From Gammaproteobacteria bacterium (GTDB lineage Bacteria; Pseudomonadota; Gammaproteobacteria; Ga0077536), in contig CAXXLL010000002.1 of NCBI GenBank assembly GCA_963662545.2, positions 384,001-448,000 on the forward strand: a stretch of 64,000 nucleotides of DNA, read 5' to 3'. Positions 43,787 to 52,982 of this stretch are shown piece by piece; the stretch's first letter is position 1; every line of letters begins with the position of its first letter. Below the pieces are notes generated by a model, which worked only from the letters and a program-made list of their open reading frames with translations, was not told the DNA's origin and searched no databases. The position numbers were made by a program, and so were the translations under genes.

Positions 43787-45223
43787 ATGTCAACCAACGA
43801 CGCCGATGAACGACTGCCGATCAAGATAGACAGCACCAGCAACGGCGAATTCGTGCCGCTGCCGCTGCCCGAAATTAATCGCAAGGCCAATACCCTGGCG
43901 CGCGAGAAAGCATTCGAACACGCGCGATTGTTGGGACAATCCCGCCGTGCCTTCCTACAATCGGCGGCGGGTGCGGCGTCGGTGTTGTTCGCGTTCAATC
44001 AGGTCCATGCCGCGGCGGGCCGCGACGGCGGCTATTTCGAGGTGGCCGCTGAAGCGGCATTTGACGATGCGCTGGCGCTCGAACAACTCGGCGGCAACGA
44101 ATTCGTGTTCGACGTCCAGGGACATTACGTCGTGCCGCCGAACCTCGCGACCACACTGAAACCCAGATGCCGCGCGGATCATGAACACCTCGGCCGCGAT
44201 TACATGCGCTGCATTGGCGCCGAAGCCTTCATCAAAGACATTTTCCTCGACAGCGACACCGACATGATGGTGCTGTCGTTCATTCCCTCGCGGCGCGAGG
44301 CGGAACCGCTCACCATCGCCGAGGCGGCCACCACGCGCGAGATCGTCGAGCGGATGGAGGGTACTCACCGCCTGTTGATCCACGGCCGGGTCAATCCCAA
44401 TCAGGACGGAGATCTGGACGACATGGACGAGCTGGCCGAGCGATGGGGCGTCGCCGCCTGGAAGTGCTACACGCAGTGGGGCCCGGACGGCGTGGGATTT
44501 CACATGACGGATCCGGACACCGGCATTCCGTTCGTGGAGAAGGCAAGGCGCCTCGGCATCAAGACCATCTGCATTCACAAAGGCATCCCGTTCGGCCGGC
44601 GCTCCTACCAGCATTCGGTGTGTACCGATATCGGCGCCATCGCGGCGCGCTACCCGGACGTGAACTTTCTCGTCTATCACGCGGGATACGTACCCGGGCA
44701 AAAGGAAGGACCCTACCGGCCGGGACGGGGCGAGGGCGTGGATGAGCTCATCCGCTCCGTCCTCGACAACGGGCTCGGGCGGGGCAGTAATGTCTACGCG
44801 GAACTCGGCACGACCTGGCGCATGCTGATGCGCGACCCGCAAGAAGCGGCGCACTGCGTGGGCAAGCTCGTCAAGCACCTCGGCGAGGATAACGTGCTGT
44901 ATGGATCGGATTGCGTCTGGTATGGATCGCCCCAGGACCAGATCCAGGCGTTGCGGTCCTTTCAGATCACCACTGAGTTTCAGGAGCGCTTCGGTTATCC
45001 GGCGATGACGCCGGTGCTACGCGCGAAGATCCTGGGATTGAACGGCGCCCGCGTCTACGGCATCCAAGTCGACGAAATCCTCGAGCGCGCGGGACACGAT
45101 GCCGTCGCGCTGTCACGCGAGAATTACCGCAACGACCCGAATCCGCATTTCAAAACCTTCGGACCCAGGACGCGCAGGGAATTTATGGAACTGCTGCGCT
45201 TGAAAGGCGGTTCACGCGCCTGA
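43787..45223 (+). CDS. Amidohydrolase-family metalloenzyme with twin-Arg-like motif
   Basis: SRRAFL, DVQGH, WKCY, IHKG, YHAG, YGSDCVW. Confidence 0.75.
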   Translation: MSTNDADERLPIKIDSTSNGEFVPLPLPEINRKANTLAREKAFEHARLLGQSRRAFLQSAAGAASVLFAFNQVHAAAGRDGGYFEVAAEAAFDDALALEQLGGNEFVFDVQGHYVVPPNLATTLKPRCRADHEHLGRDYMRCIGAEAFIKDIFLDSDTDMMVLSFIPSRREAEPLTIAEAATTREIVERMEGTHRLLIHGRVNPNQDGDLDDMDELAERWGVAAWKCYTQWGPDGVGFHMTDPDTGIPFVEKARRLGIKTICIHKGIPFGRRSYQHSVCTDIGAIAARYPDVNFLVYHAGYVPGQKEGPYRPGRGEGVDELIRSVLDNGLGRGSNVYAELGTTWRMLMRDPQEAAHCVGKLVKHLGEDNVLYGSDCVWYGSPQDQIQALRSFQITTEFQERFGYPAMTPVLRAKILGLNGARVYGIQVDEILERAGHDAVALSRENYRNDPNPHFKTFGPRTRREFMELLRLKGGSRA

Positions 45224-45231
45224 CGCGCCGC

Positions 45232-45795
45232 TCACAAGACCATGACGGGGACGCCAGCGATGTAAACGTGGGCCCAGGCTGCGATGAGAACGTAAATGCC
45301 GAGGCCCGCGACCACGGCGACGACGTCGTAGACCGCCTTGGGTTCGGCCACGACCGGACTGCGACCCGCGCGTTTGACTGCGATCAGATCGACCACGCAG
45401 AAGACGAGAAACGAACCGAATAACAGTATCGACGCCAGGTCGCCGTTGATCAGAAGGTGGGCGAACGCCCAGGTCTTGACCGCTATCAACATCGGGTTTT
45501 TGACTCGGGCCTTGATATACCCCGGCAGATACATCGCCGGTAGCAGTATAAATACGGGCAGCATCAACAGCATCGTGACATGCCGCATCCAGATCGGCGG
45601 GGCCCACACGGCGATCCGCGGCGCGTCGGCATAACCCATCACCAGCAGTACGAATCCCGCTATTGAGATGAGCGAGTACAGGCCTCGGTAAGGCAGTGCT
45701 CCAAGCTTCGCGACGAGCTGGTCGCGCGCGCCGCGGAACATCGTGAACGTGTGTGCCGCGAAAAAGATGACCAGGCCCGCAACTAAGGTCGTCAT
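45232..45795 (-). CDS. NnrU-family membrane protein
   Basis: GLVIFFAAH, YRGLYSLIS, NPMLIAVKTWAFAHLLINGD. Confidence 0.85.
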   Translation of the reverse strand: MTTLVAGLVIFFAAHTFTMFRGARDQLVAKLGALPYRGLYSLISIAGFVLLVMGYADAPRIAVWAPPIWMRHVTMLLMLPVFILLPAMYLPGYIKARVKNPMLIAVKTWAFAHLLINGDLASILLFGSFLVFCVVDLIAVKRAGRSPVVAEPKAVYDVVAVVAGLGIYVLIAAWAHVYIAGVPVMVL

Positions 45796-45966
45796 GGCGT
45801 TACCCCTATTGGTGCGGGGCTAATTATAGAGACGTCGATTGGCGAATGAGAGGGGCTGTTTTCGATGGCGGATCGTTCAGGGCGATAGCGGTCGCGCGTT
45901 GCGGCCGGCGCAGCGGTCACGGATGGTACCATCCGGCGCTTGGTCAAGAGCGGGAGTCAAACGCGC

Positions 45967-46425
45967 ATGGATATCCGGCGCATTACCGAAGTCGGCGTCG
46001 CAGTACGCGATTTGGAGCAAGCCACCCAGTTATTCGTCGACCTTTTCAACGCCGAGGCCGGCGACATCGTGGACGTGGAGCGCTACGCGATGCGTTTTCG
46101 CATGTGTCGCGTGGGAAAGATCGACTTCGAGTTGATGGAGCCGACCGGGGCCACGGGAGTTATCGCGGAGTTCCTCGCCAAGCGTGGTGAAGGGCTCCAC
46201 CACATTGCCTTTGCCATTGACGATATCGAAGACACGATGGGCTCGCTCGGCAAGAAAGGCGTACGCTTCGTGGACGATGTACCAACTCGCCTTCAGCTAG
46301 ACGCCGTGGATTACGCAGGGCGAACGTTTTCTGATGATATCCAGTTCACGTTCTCCCATCCTGCGTCAATTTTGGGGATCTTGTTCGAGTTCATTCAGTA
46401 TCCTGACGGATACCAAACGCCATAA
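45967..46425 (+). CDS. VOC/glyoxalase-family protein (methylmalonyl-CoA epimerase-like)
   Basis: GVAVRDL, ELMEP, RGEGLHHIAF, LFEFIQ. Confidence 0.8.
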   Translation: MDIRRITEVGVAVRDLEQATQLFVDLFNAEAGDIVDVERYAMRFRMCRVGKIDFELMEPTGATGVIAEFLAKRGEGLHHIAFAIDDIEDTMGSLGKKGVRFVDDVPTRLQLDAVDYAGRTFSDDIQFTFSHPASILGILFEFIQYPDGYQTP

Positions 46426-46463
46426 GTCCGAGGATGAAGATTTACCTAGGAATAGGGTCAGGC

Positions 46464-46535
46464 TGAAGTGGCCCCAGATACGCGCCCCGGTTTAGAAATA
46501 GATCAACCGTCCTCTTTACGGGAAGCAAAGTAGGC
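46464..46535 (-). mobile_element. Probable IS (IS3-like) right-end remnant interrupted by IS21
   Basis: Minus strand reads ...AYFASRKEDG* then ends in GGGGCCACTTCA. Confidence 0.4.
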
Positions 46536-47409
46536 TGTTGATTTGCACTGAAAACTGACCCACCTGAAGGGGATATTTGCACCGAAAAATGACCCACGCC
46601 TAGACACTGGCCTGCTCGATGATCGGGCAGGAGACAAAGGAGTGATTGACGTGGCGTTATTGAGTGTGATCCGAAGGTGGCGATTTCGGGAAGGTCTCGC
46701 TATCCGCGAGATTTCCAGACGAACAGGATTGTCGCGGAATACCATCCGTAAATATCTGAGAAGCAAAGTCGTTGAGCCGCAGTACGCGACGCCAAAGCGC
46801 GCCAGCAAACTCGATGCGTTCGAGGACAAACTTGAGCGTTGGCTGGAAACAGAGCCGCGTAAGGGTCGCAAGCAGCGACGTAATCTACGGCAGATGCATG
46901 GCGACCTGGTTGCGCTGGGTTACCGGGGTTCTTACGACCGGGTAGCGGCGTTCGCGCGCGAGTGGCGACGCCAGCAACGGGAAGCGGCACGGGTCGCCGG
47001 CGGGGGTACGTTCGTGCCGTTGGTGTTTGCACCGGGCGAGGCGTTCCAGTTCGACTGGAGCGAAGACTGGGCGGTTGTCGGCGGCGAGCGGATGAAGTTC
47101 AAGGTGGCGCACTTCAAGCTGGCGCACAGCCGGGCGTTTGTGCTGCGGGCGTACCGGCAGGAAACCCACGAGATGTTGTTCGATGCGCACAATCATGCGC
47201 TGCGAGTCCTGGGCGGGGTACCGACGCGGGGTCTGTACGACAACATGAAAACGGCGGTGGACCGAATGGGTCGGGGCAAAGCACGGGTGGTCAACGCGCG
47301 CTTCGCGGCCATGACGAGTCATGACCTGTTCGAGGCGACGTTCTGTAATCCGGCGTCGGGTTGGGAGAAGGGGCAGGTCGAGAAGCAGGTGCAGGATGCG
47401 CGGCGGTTG
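46536..47409 (+). mobile_element. istA: IS21-family left end and truncated istA (46642-~47409)
   Basis: TG-start end with repeated TGCAC.GAAAA.TGACCCAC boxes; HTH, PGEAFQFDW, YDNMKTAV, CNPASGWEKGQVE; no istB or right end. Confidence 0.85.
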
Positions 47410-48272
47410 ACGCTAAACATCATATGATCGTGACGCACGAGGTGACGAACGTGGGTCATGACCGAGCGGCGCTCGCCGCCATGGCAAAGCAAGCGAAGGA
47501 AGCACTCGGTGTTGAGCACCTGGAGGTTGTCGCGGACCGGGGTTACTACAGGAGCGAGGAGAGCCTGGCGTGTGATGAAGCGGGGGTCACGACTTATCTG
47601 CCGAAACCCCAGACCTCGGGCAATCTGGCGAAGGGCCTCTTCGGCAAACGGGATTTCATTTATAAGCCCGATGATGACGAATACGAATGTCCGGCGGGAG
47701 AGCGACTGACGCGCCGCACGGAAACACACCAAGACGGATTAACAATCTACCGTTACTGGGCATCGACGTGTGGTTCATGTGCGCTCAAAGGCAAGTGCAC
47801 GACGGGGAAAGAACGACGCGTCAGCCGCTGGGAGCACGAAGCCGTGCTCGAAGCGGTTGAAGCAAGGTTGGACAAAGAGCCCGCGCGCATGCGCGTTCGA
47901 CGACAGACCGTCGAACATCCCTTCGGCACGTTGAAATCCTGGATGGGGTCGACACACTTCCAAATGAAAACGCTGAAGAACGTGGGTACGGAGATGAGTT
48001 TGCACGTGCTGGCGTACAACATGAAACGGGCGATGGCGATACTCGGGGTTGCGCCACTCATAGAAGCGATACAGTCATAGGAACCCGCCTTTTTCCCGAA
48101 ACATCCTCCGGGTGTTGGATAGACCGCGGCGGCGAATGTCCTTCGCCACTTTGGCGTCGAGTTTCTCAAACGCTGTTGGACGCGCAGAATCAGCGCATCG
48201 TGATGACGCCGCTACCAAACAGCCCGGATGAGCCGTCAAGTGCTCCGCAAAGTGAGTTTATGGACAGCCTGG
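47404..48272 (+). mobile_element. IS1182-family 3' half (transposase fragment to 48080) and right end
   Basis: AVDAKHHMIV, ADRGY, YECPAG, RRQTVEHPFGTLK, LAYNMKR; terminal GAGTTTATGGACAGCCTGG. Confidence 0.85.
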
Positions 48273-48288
48273 ACCCATAACGGACATC

Positions 48289-48341
48289 AGCGGTAGCGAA
48301 GAAAGCGGAGCTGTCAAGCGTCGGCCTCATAGGTGTTAGGC
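48289..48341 (-). repeat. Truncated attC (R'' side only) of cassette 1
   Basis: GCCGCCTAAC on the minus strand after the gene stop, complementary to the cassette start GTTAGGCAGC at 48882-48891. Confidence 0.6.
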
Positions 48342-48378
48342 GGCGCGTCATAAACCAATGTCCAAGTTTAAATTCTGA

Positions 48379-48795
48379 CTAATCGATTGCATCAAGCCCT
48401 GCTTGAGCGCATGCCACATCTTCCTCAACAGTGCCACCGCCCACGCCAATACCACCGACCACTTGTTCATCGATAATAATGGGAAGGCCTCCTCCTACAA
48501 CCGTTGCTCCTGAAAAGTGTGATAACCCGTGCAATAGGCTAGGGTCGTCCTTTATCCAATCGTATAAGCTCTCGGTACCCATCCCAAATAGCGAGGTAAA
48601 TGCCTTTCGTTGGCACCCCTCAATACCCAGGATCGGCGCGCCGTCCATCCTACCGAAGGCGACTAGTCGCCCGCCATCATCGACGACGGCCGCATTCTGT
48701 TTGCAATTGAGCTCCTCAGCTTTCGCGATTGCGGCTGCGATCATCTTTGTGGCCGCTTCGTAGCTTATCGATTGTTTTCGAACCGTATTTGTCAT
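48379..48795 (-). CDS. Cassette 1: GlcG/HbpS-family heme-binding protein
   Basis: AVVDDGG.L.AF.RMDGA, RKAFTS, GGLPI...GGIGVGGG. Confidence 0.85.
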   Translation of the reverse strand: MTNTVRKQSISYEAATKMIAAAIAKAEELNCKQNAAVVDDGGRLVAFGRMDGAPILGIEGCQRKAFTSLFGMGTESLYDWIKDDPSLLHGLSHFSGATVVGGGLPIIIDEQVVGGIGVGGGTVEEDVACAQAGLDAID

Positions 48796-48884
48796 TTTAG
48801 ATCCCCTCCGTTCATTCAATATGATATTTGCAGCGACGTCGTCCGACCGAAGGTAACGCCCCTTGCGTGAGTATTCTTCTGGCT

Positions 48885-49143
48885 GCCTAACGAGGGTGTA
48901 GAAAAAGTCCCGCAATTCGAAAAAGTGCAAAAATTGGGGGTCTCGAAACCATTGCCTTGATCGAGATCGTCGCTTACAGCGCAACTGGGAAGGTCGAATT
49001 TCTCATCGAATTCTCGGATAGACTTATCCTACAACTTCAACGCTAGGATAACCGGCGTGTTACAGCGGGCTCTTTTGGGACGAAAATGCGAAGCCGACCC
49101 AAAAGAGCCCGCTGTAACACGTCAGGTTGATCCATTGTATGGT
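48885..49143 (-). repeat. attC of cassette 2 (~109 bp once the MITE is removed; degenerate R'')
   Basis: Core GTTAGGC on the minus strand; long hairpin CGTGTTACAGCGGGCTCTTTTGGG / CCCAAAAGAGCCCGCTGTAACACG. Confidence 0.8.
48892..49038. mobile_element. 147-bp MITE inserted at the attC core (copy 1)
   Basis: TIR GAGGGTGTAGAAAAAGTC / GACTTATCCTACAACTTC, AAC on both sides. Confidence 0.8.
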
Positions 49144-49155
49144 GAGGCGGATACA

Positions 49156-49575
49156 TTACTCTCGGCATCTTAGCGGTTTGAACCTTATCGGAACTGTACC
49201 CAAAGAACACTGATCCCACGTCTTGTGTTCTGGGTCAAAACGCCAGCCGATGCTCTTTCCCGCGACGTGCTCGTAAACACCTGTAGTTTTCAGTGTTACA
49301 AAGTATGGATTGGAGCCTTCAACGGTGGCGACAAATTCGCCATAGCCGCCTACATTCTTGAGTTCGCTAATATCGGGCATACGTCCAGTTTCTTCATAGA
49401 ACGGCTCAGCCTCCCGTTTGATTCTGTAGAGAATCGTAACGGCTTCTGAAACATGAAACTTTCCTGATGTATCTGGCGAAGGTTGGCTCGGAATCCATAC
49501 CGCGAGAAAGACCGCGGCAATGAATAGTAGGGCGAAAACGTGAAGCGGTTTTATGGGCCCGATCTTCATATCCAT
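49156..49575 (-). CDS. Cassette 2: pilin-like protein lacking a canonical prepilin leader
   Basis: Hydrophobic helix then WIP...VSEAV..L..IK....FYEETGRMP and a C-terminal Cys pair; ATG overlaps the GTTAGAT core. Confidence 0.6.
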   Translation of the reverse strand: MDMKIGPIKPLHVFALLFIAAVFLAVWIPSQPSPDTSGKFHVSEAVTILYRIKREAEPFYEETGRMPDISELKNVGGYGEFVATVEGSNPYFVTLKTTGVYEHVAGKSIGWRFDPEHKTWDQCSLGTVPIRFKPLRCRE

Positions 49576-49580
49576 CTAAC

Positions 49581-49727
49581 GAGGGTGTAGGAAAAGCCCC
49601 ACAGACTGAAAATGTGCCAAATTCGGGGCTCTCGATACCATTACCCTAACCGAGATCGTCGCTTACAGAGCGTCTGACGAGGCCGAATTTCTGAGCGATT
49701 ATTCGCAACGACTTATCCTACAACCTC
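49581..49727. mobile_element. 147-bp MITE inserted at the attC core (copy 2)
   Basis: TIR GAGGGTGTAGGAAAAGCC / GACTTATCCTACAACCTC, AAC on both sides, shares GAGATCGTCGCTTACAG with copy 1. Confidence 0.8.
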
Positions 49728-49828
49728 AACGCTGAGTTAACCGGCGTGTTACACCGGGCTTTTCTGAAGCGAAAATTGCGCAGCTGCGAAAGAAAAGGGA
49801 ATTACGCAGAAAAGTTGACAGCACCTAT

Positions 49829-49993
49829 TTAGGTGACCTCTTTTATGGTCGGCGTCCCGCTGCGATCTGTACGCAAGACAAAGCGTTTATTAACTTCTGC
49901 TTTCGTTGGGCGCTTTGGGCGTCCAGCCGCAGGCTTTACCTTATTCATGCGCTGTAATGCTCTGGTTGATCGATCAAGCGCCTTTTGTTTCAT
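49829..49993 (-). CDS. Small basic passenger ORF (54 aa)
   Basis: MKQKALDRSTRALQRMNKVK...KEVT*, last ORF before the TIR; below the ORF-track size cutoff. Confidence 0.4.
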   Translation of the reverse strand: MKQKALDRSTRALQRMNKVKPAAGRPKRPTKAEVNKRFVLRTDRSGTPTIKEVT

Positions 49994-50020
49994 AATCTGA
50001 ATATTCTAAAAGTGAGAGTC

Positions 50021-50990
50021 TTAATCGACATTATCTTCGTCTGGCGCTTCTTCGATCTGTAGGAGCGTTTGTTGCTTCACGGGCCTGTATTCTAAAACCT
50101 TCACAACATTGTGCTCCGAACTAAGTTTGTCTCCTTTCATGGTCCAAATATCTTCAATCTCACAAATCAAAACATCTGACTTACTGAACGAAACCTGATT
50201 GTTTTTTACCTTTTGAAGGAAATCGAGATCAGCAATCGTGACAGAAACTGTATTGCCCCCGTCATTGAGTCGCCACTTATTTTTCTCTTTAAACGTGAGA
50301 GATTCTATGGAAAATGCACCTTTCCTTGTGTTTCTTAGTATCTCTTCTTCGCCCTCAATCACAGGAAGGGAAAAGTATTCTTTATCTTCTTTATATATTG
50401 TTTCTATGACGTCCTTGCCAGACTGAATAACTAATTGATCTATACCTTCATATATTGTTTCTATGACGTCCTTGCCAGACTGAATAACTAATTTTATCAA
50501 GTGGGGCGGTAACTTTCTCAATCGCCTTACGGATTGAGGTTTCGTTGTACGCCCGCAGCAGGTCTTTCGGCACATCAAACGATTCACCATCAATCTCAAT
50601 GCGAACGGTCCCGTTTTCCAGGTCGGTTACTTTTGGTGCTGGCCGCCCTTTGAGCCTCTTAATAAGTCGAAATAGTCCATAGGTCGTGACACCAACACCA
50701 CCAATAATGATATCTTTGAGGTTTAAAACGGCATTAACCTCATCGCTGTTGAAAAGATCGGTGAACTGACTAAATAAAGATTGAGCCAACCCGATATCAA
50801 CACTAAAACAGCCTGCTTCAACGGCTTTAACGTGCAAGCGAACATCCACCTTGTCCCCATACAAGAGGCGGCTTGTTTCGTCGAATAATTGGGAAAGGGA
50901 GAGCAACGCTGGGGCCAGATCGCGTACGTCCACCGTGTGGTCTTGTAACGCTTCGCCATCAAACACAATGGTAAACGCTTCGTGAGTCAT
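50021..50990 (-). pseudogene. Passenger hypothetical protein split by a 43-bp duplicated insertion
   Basis: Two overlapping ORFs join as ...TAPLDKEGIDQLVIQSGKD... when 50450-50492 is removed. Confidence 0.75.
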
Positions 50991-51014
50991 GCCAATGTGT
51001 GCCTTGACAAGGCG

Positions 51015-51418
51015 TTAGCCAAAGAAAAAAGTGACAAGTGCCTTCTGACTTAATTGCCAGATTTCATAGCGGTCTTTCTTAACATACATCTGGCAAGATG
51101 ATGTCGTCTCATCCCAGACAGGAACAATCACCATTTCATCGGCGAGATAGTCCATGGAATTAACGATAATCGCCTGCTCGCTTTTCTCGAAGGTAACCCC
51201 ACTTACTTGAGGTTACCGCCTTCACATCGAACTACCTTGAACTGAGTACCGAGCCCATTAGAATTTTGGATATCGAAGAGATAGTTCTGGCGCTTGCGCT
51301 GTGGCAGCCTATTCATTTCTGCAACGTCGTTTTTTGCCGCGAGGTATAGTTCCTCGAATTTAGAGCCAAGGTCGCATCTGCCCCGCTCGGCGACCCAGTT
51401 AAAGGATTCGTTACCCAT
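51015..51418 (-). pseudogene. Passenger hypothetical protein with a probable 1-nt frameshift near 51210
   Basis: MGNESFNWV...CEGGN continues in another frame as PQVSGVTFEK...IWQLSQKALVTFFFG*. Confidence 0.5.
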
Positions 51419-52353
51419 CACGATACTAACCTCTCATAGGTGATTGTCTTACCCGACATTGCGCCAAACAAGGCATCTAATCTGCCTTGCGTATCTACTT
51501 CGACGTTGCCTTCATTCAGCCTGAACGAAAACTCGTTAACGTATTTCTGGCAATGCTTCTTGCTCCAGTGGTGATACACGCCGTTGTAGCCGCGCTTAAG
51601 GACCGCCCAGACGCTCTCGATTCCGTTGGTATGTGCCATGCCATTAACGTATTCCTTGGCACTGTGCTTAACGCTCTTGTGGGTGAAAAAGAGACCATCA
51701 AGGTCAGCATACCCTTTGTGATCATCGGTATAAACCGTCGTTCCAACTTCTACGTTTTTGGCGATCTGGCCCTGTAGTGTTTTTTTGTCAATGTTCGATA
51801 TCGGCAGCGCCTTAACCTTCCCGCCGCGCTCACGCAGACCGAGCACCGCCATTTTGCCAACCGCGCCACGGCCAGCGCGGAGTTTCTTGCTGGTGTGTTT
51901 GTTTGACTCTTTGCCGCCGAGGTAGGTTTCGTCTACCTCTACAGCCCCACTCAAGGCTTCCATATCTTCGCCACAGGCCAAACGTAAGCGGTGTAGCATG
52001 TACCAAGCCGTTGTTTGTGTAACAGATAGTTCCTTGCTCAACTGTAGGCTGCTAATCCCTTTACGCGCCGTCATCAGCAAGTATGCGGCAAACAACCACT
52101 TGCGCATATCCACCTTTCCATATTCAAGCGGGGTGTTGGTCCGAGCGGTGAAGTAGCTGCGGCAATACCCACACCAGTAACGGCCGATGTCCTTCTTTTG
52201 CGGTGTGATCTTATCCTCTCCGCCACACCGCACACAGCAAAGCGAATCACCCCAGCGGATTTGCTCAAGGTATTTGATTGCATCCGCCTCGGTTGGATAT
52301 TGCTCCATCAACTCGAAAAGGCTTATTGTTTTTGCTTTTCTGCGTGCCATCAA
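51418..52353 (-). CDS. IS1595-family transposase
   Basis: Zn ribbon CVRC/CGYC, VEVDETY, YTDD, HTNGIESVW, YVNEFSFR. Confidence 0.93.
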   Translation of the reverse strand: MMARRKAKTISLFELMEQYPTEADAIKYLEQIRWGDSLCCVRCGGEDKITPQKKDIGRYWCGYCRSYFTARTNTPLEYGKVDMRKWLFAAYLLMTARKGISSLQLSKELSVTQTTAWYMLHRLRLACGEDMEALSGAVEVDETYLGGKESNKHTSKKLRAGRGAVGKMAVLGLRERGGKVKALPISNIDKKTLQGQIAKNVEVGTTVYTDDHKGYADLDGLFFTHKSVKHSAKEYVNGMAHTNGIESVWAVLKRGYNGVYHHWSKKHCQKYVNEFSFRLNEGNVEVDTQGRLDALFGAMSGKTITYERLVS

Positions 52354-52494
52354 TGTGTCCTTAATGTGTCAGTTAATATGGCTGTATTATAGGGTATACA
52401 AGAGATGTTTGTCAACTTTCCTGCGTAATTCCCAAAGAAAAGCCCGCTGTAACACGTCCGGTTGAACGACTGGTTAGGTCGCACCAGTATTATT

Positions 52495-52968
52495 TTAGGC
52501 ATTCGGTTCGCTGCTCATGATCGGACGCATGATGTCGACGGTACCTCCAACCGAATAATCTTTGAGGATTTTTCGAAATTCAGAGTGTAACCGAGGGTAT
52601 CGCCTAATTATCCGTTCTACGTCTTCGCAGAACGAGACGTAGACGACCTCGTCAACCAGATCGCGATCATGCGAAATTTGAATTTCCATCCAGTGGACGA
52701 GGTACCGCCGCGCAATCGCTTCTAATAGAGCCTCTTCCGTCCTATTTAGCCCATCGTTGTCTTCGAGCTTTCCAAACAACTCCGGGATCAGCGGATTAGC
52801 GAGCATTACCTCCTGCATCCGGTTGAATTCATTCAGGACGCCGGAACTCGCAGCTGCAGTACTTTGCGCGGTGCTTTGTTTGATTTGGAGCGCGAGGTAG
52901 ATCAACGAGATTACCACTGCCACCGATGCGATGATTTCCGCTAATACCCCAAAATCTTGAAGTGACAT
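52495..52968 (-). CDS. Cassette 3: hypothetical membrane-anchored protein
   Basis: AEIIASVAVVISLIYLALQIKQ; bounded by complementary GTTAGGTCGCA / TGCGACCTAAC. Confidence 0.75.
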   Translation of the reverse strand: MSLQDFGVLAEIIASVAVVISLIYLALQIKQSTAQSTAAASSGVLNEFNRMQEVMLANPLIPELFGKLEDNDGLNRTEEALLEAIARRYLVHWMEIQISHDRDLVDEVVYVSFCEDVERIIRRYPRLHSEFRKILKDYSVGGTVDIMRPIMSSEPNA

Positions 52969-52982
52969 AAACGTTTCTTGCG

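Larger units (their letters stand above)
49797..52433 (-). mobile_element. IS1595-family transposon carrying passenger genes
   Basis: 24-bp TIR GGGAATTACGCAG(A/G)AAAGTTGACA, 8-bp TSD AAAGAAAA (49789-96, 52434-41). Confidence 0.92.
49574..52479 (-). repeat. attC of cassette 3, split by a MITE and an IS1595 transposon (~111 bp when rejoined)
   Basis: ATCTAAC 49574-80, arm 49731-49796, arm 52442-52479 ending GTTAGGT; arms complementary (CCGGCGTGTTACA / TGTAACACGTCCGG). Confidence 0.8.

Noticed and set aside
47361-47410. Programmed frameshift joining the istA and IS1182 ORFs
   Set aside because: The two halves belong to different IS families and there is no slippery site; better explained as a deletion junction
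48379-48795. GlcG-family cassette as part of the glcEF operon
   Set aside because: 25 kb away, inside an integron cassette with different composition; coincidence
9405-50493. The two ~43-bp duplications as DGR template/variable repeats
   Set aside because: Copies are identical with no adenine-specific mismatches, and there is no RT
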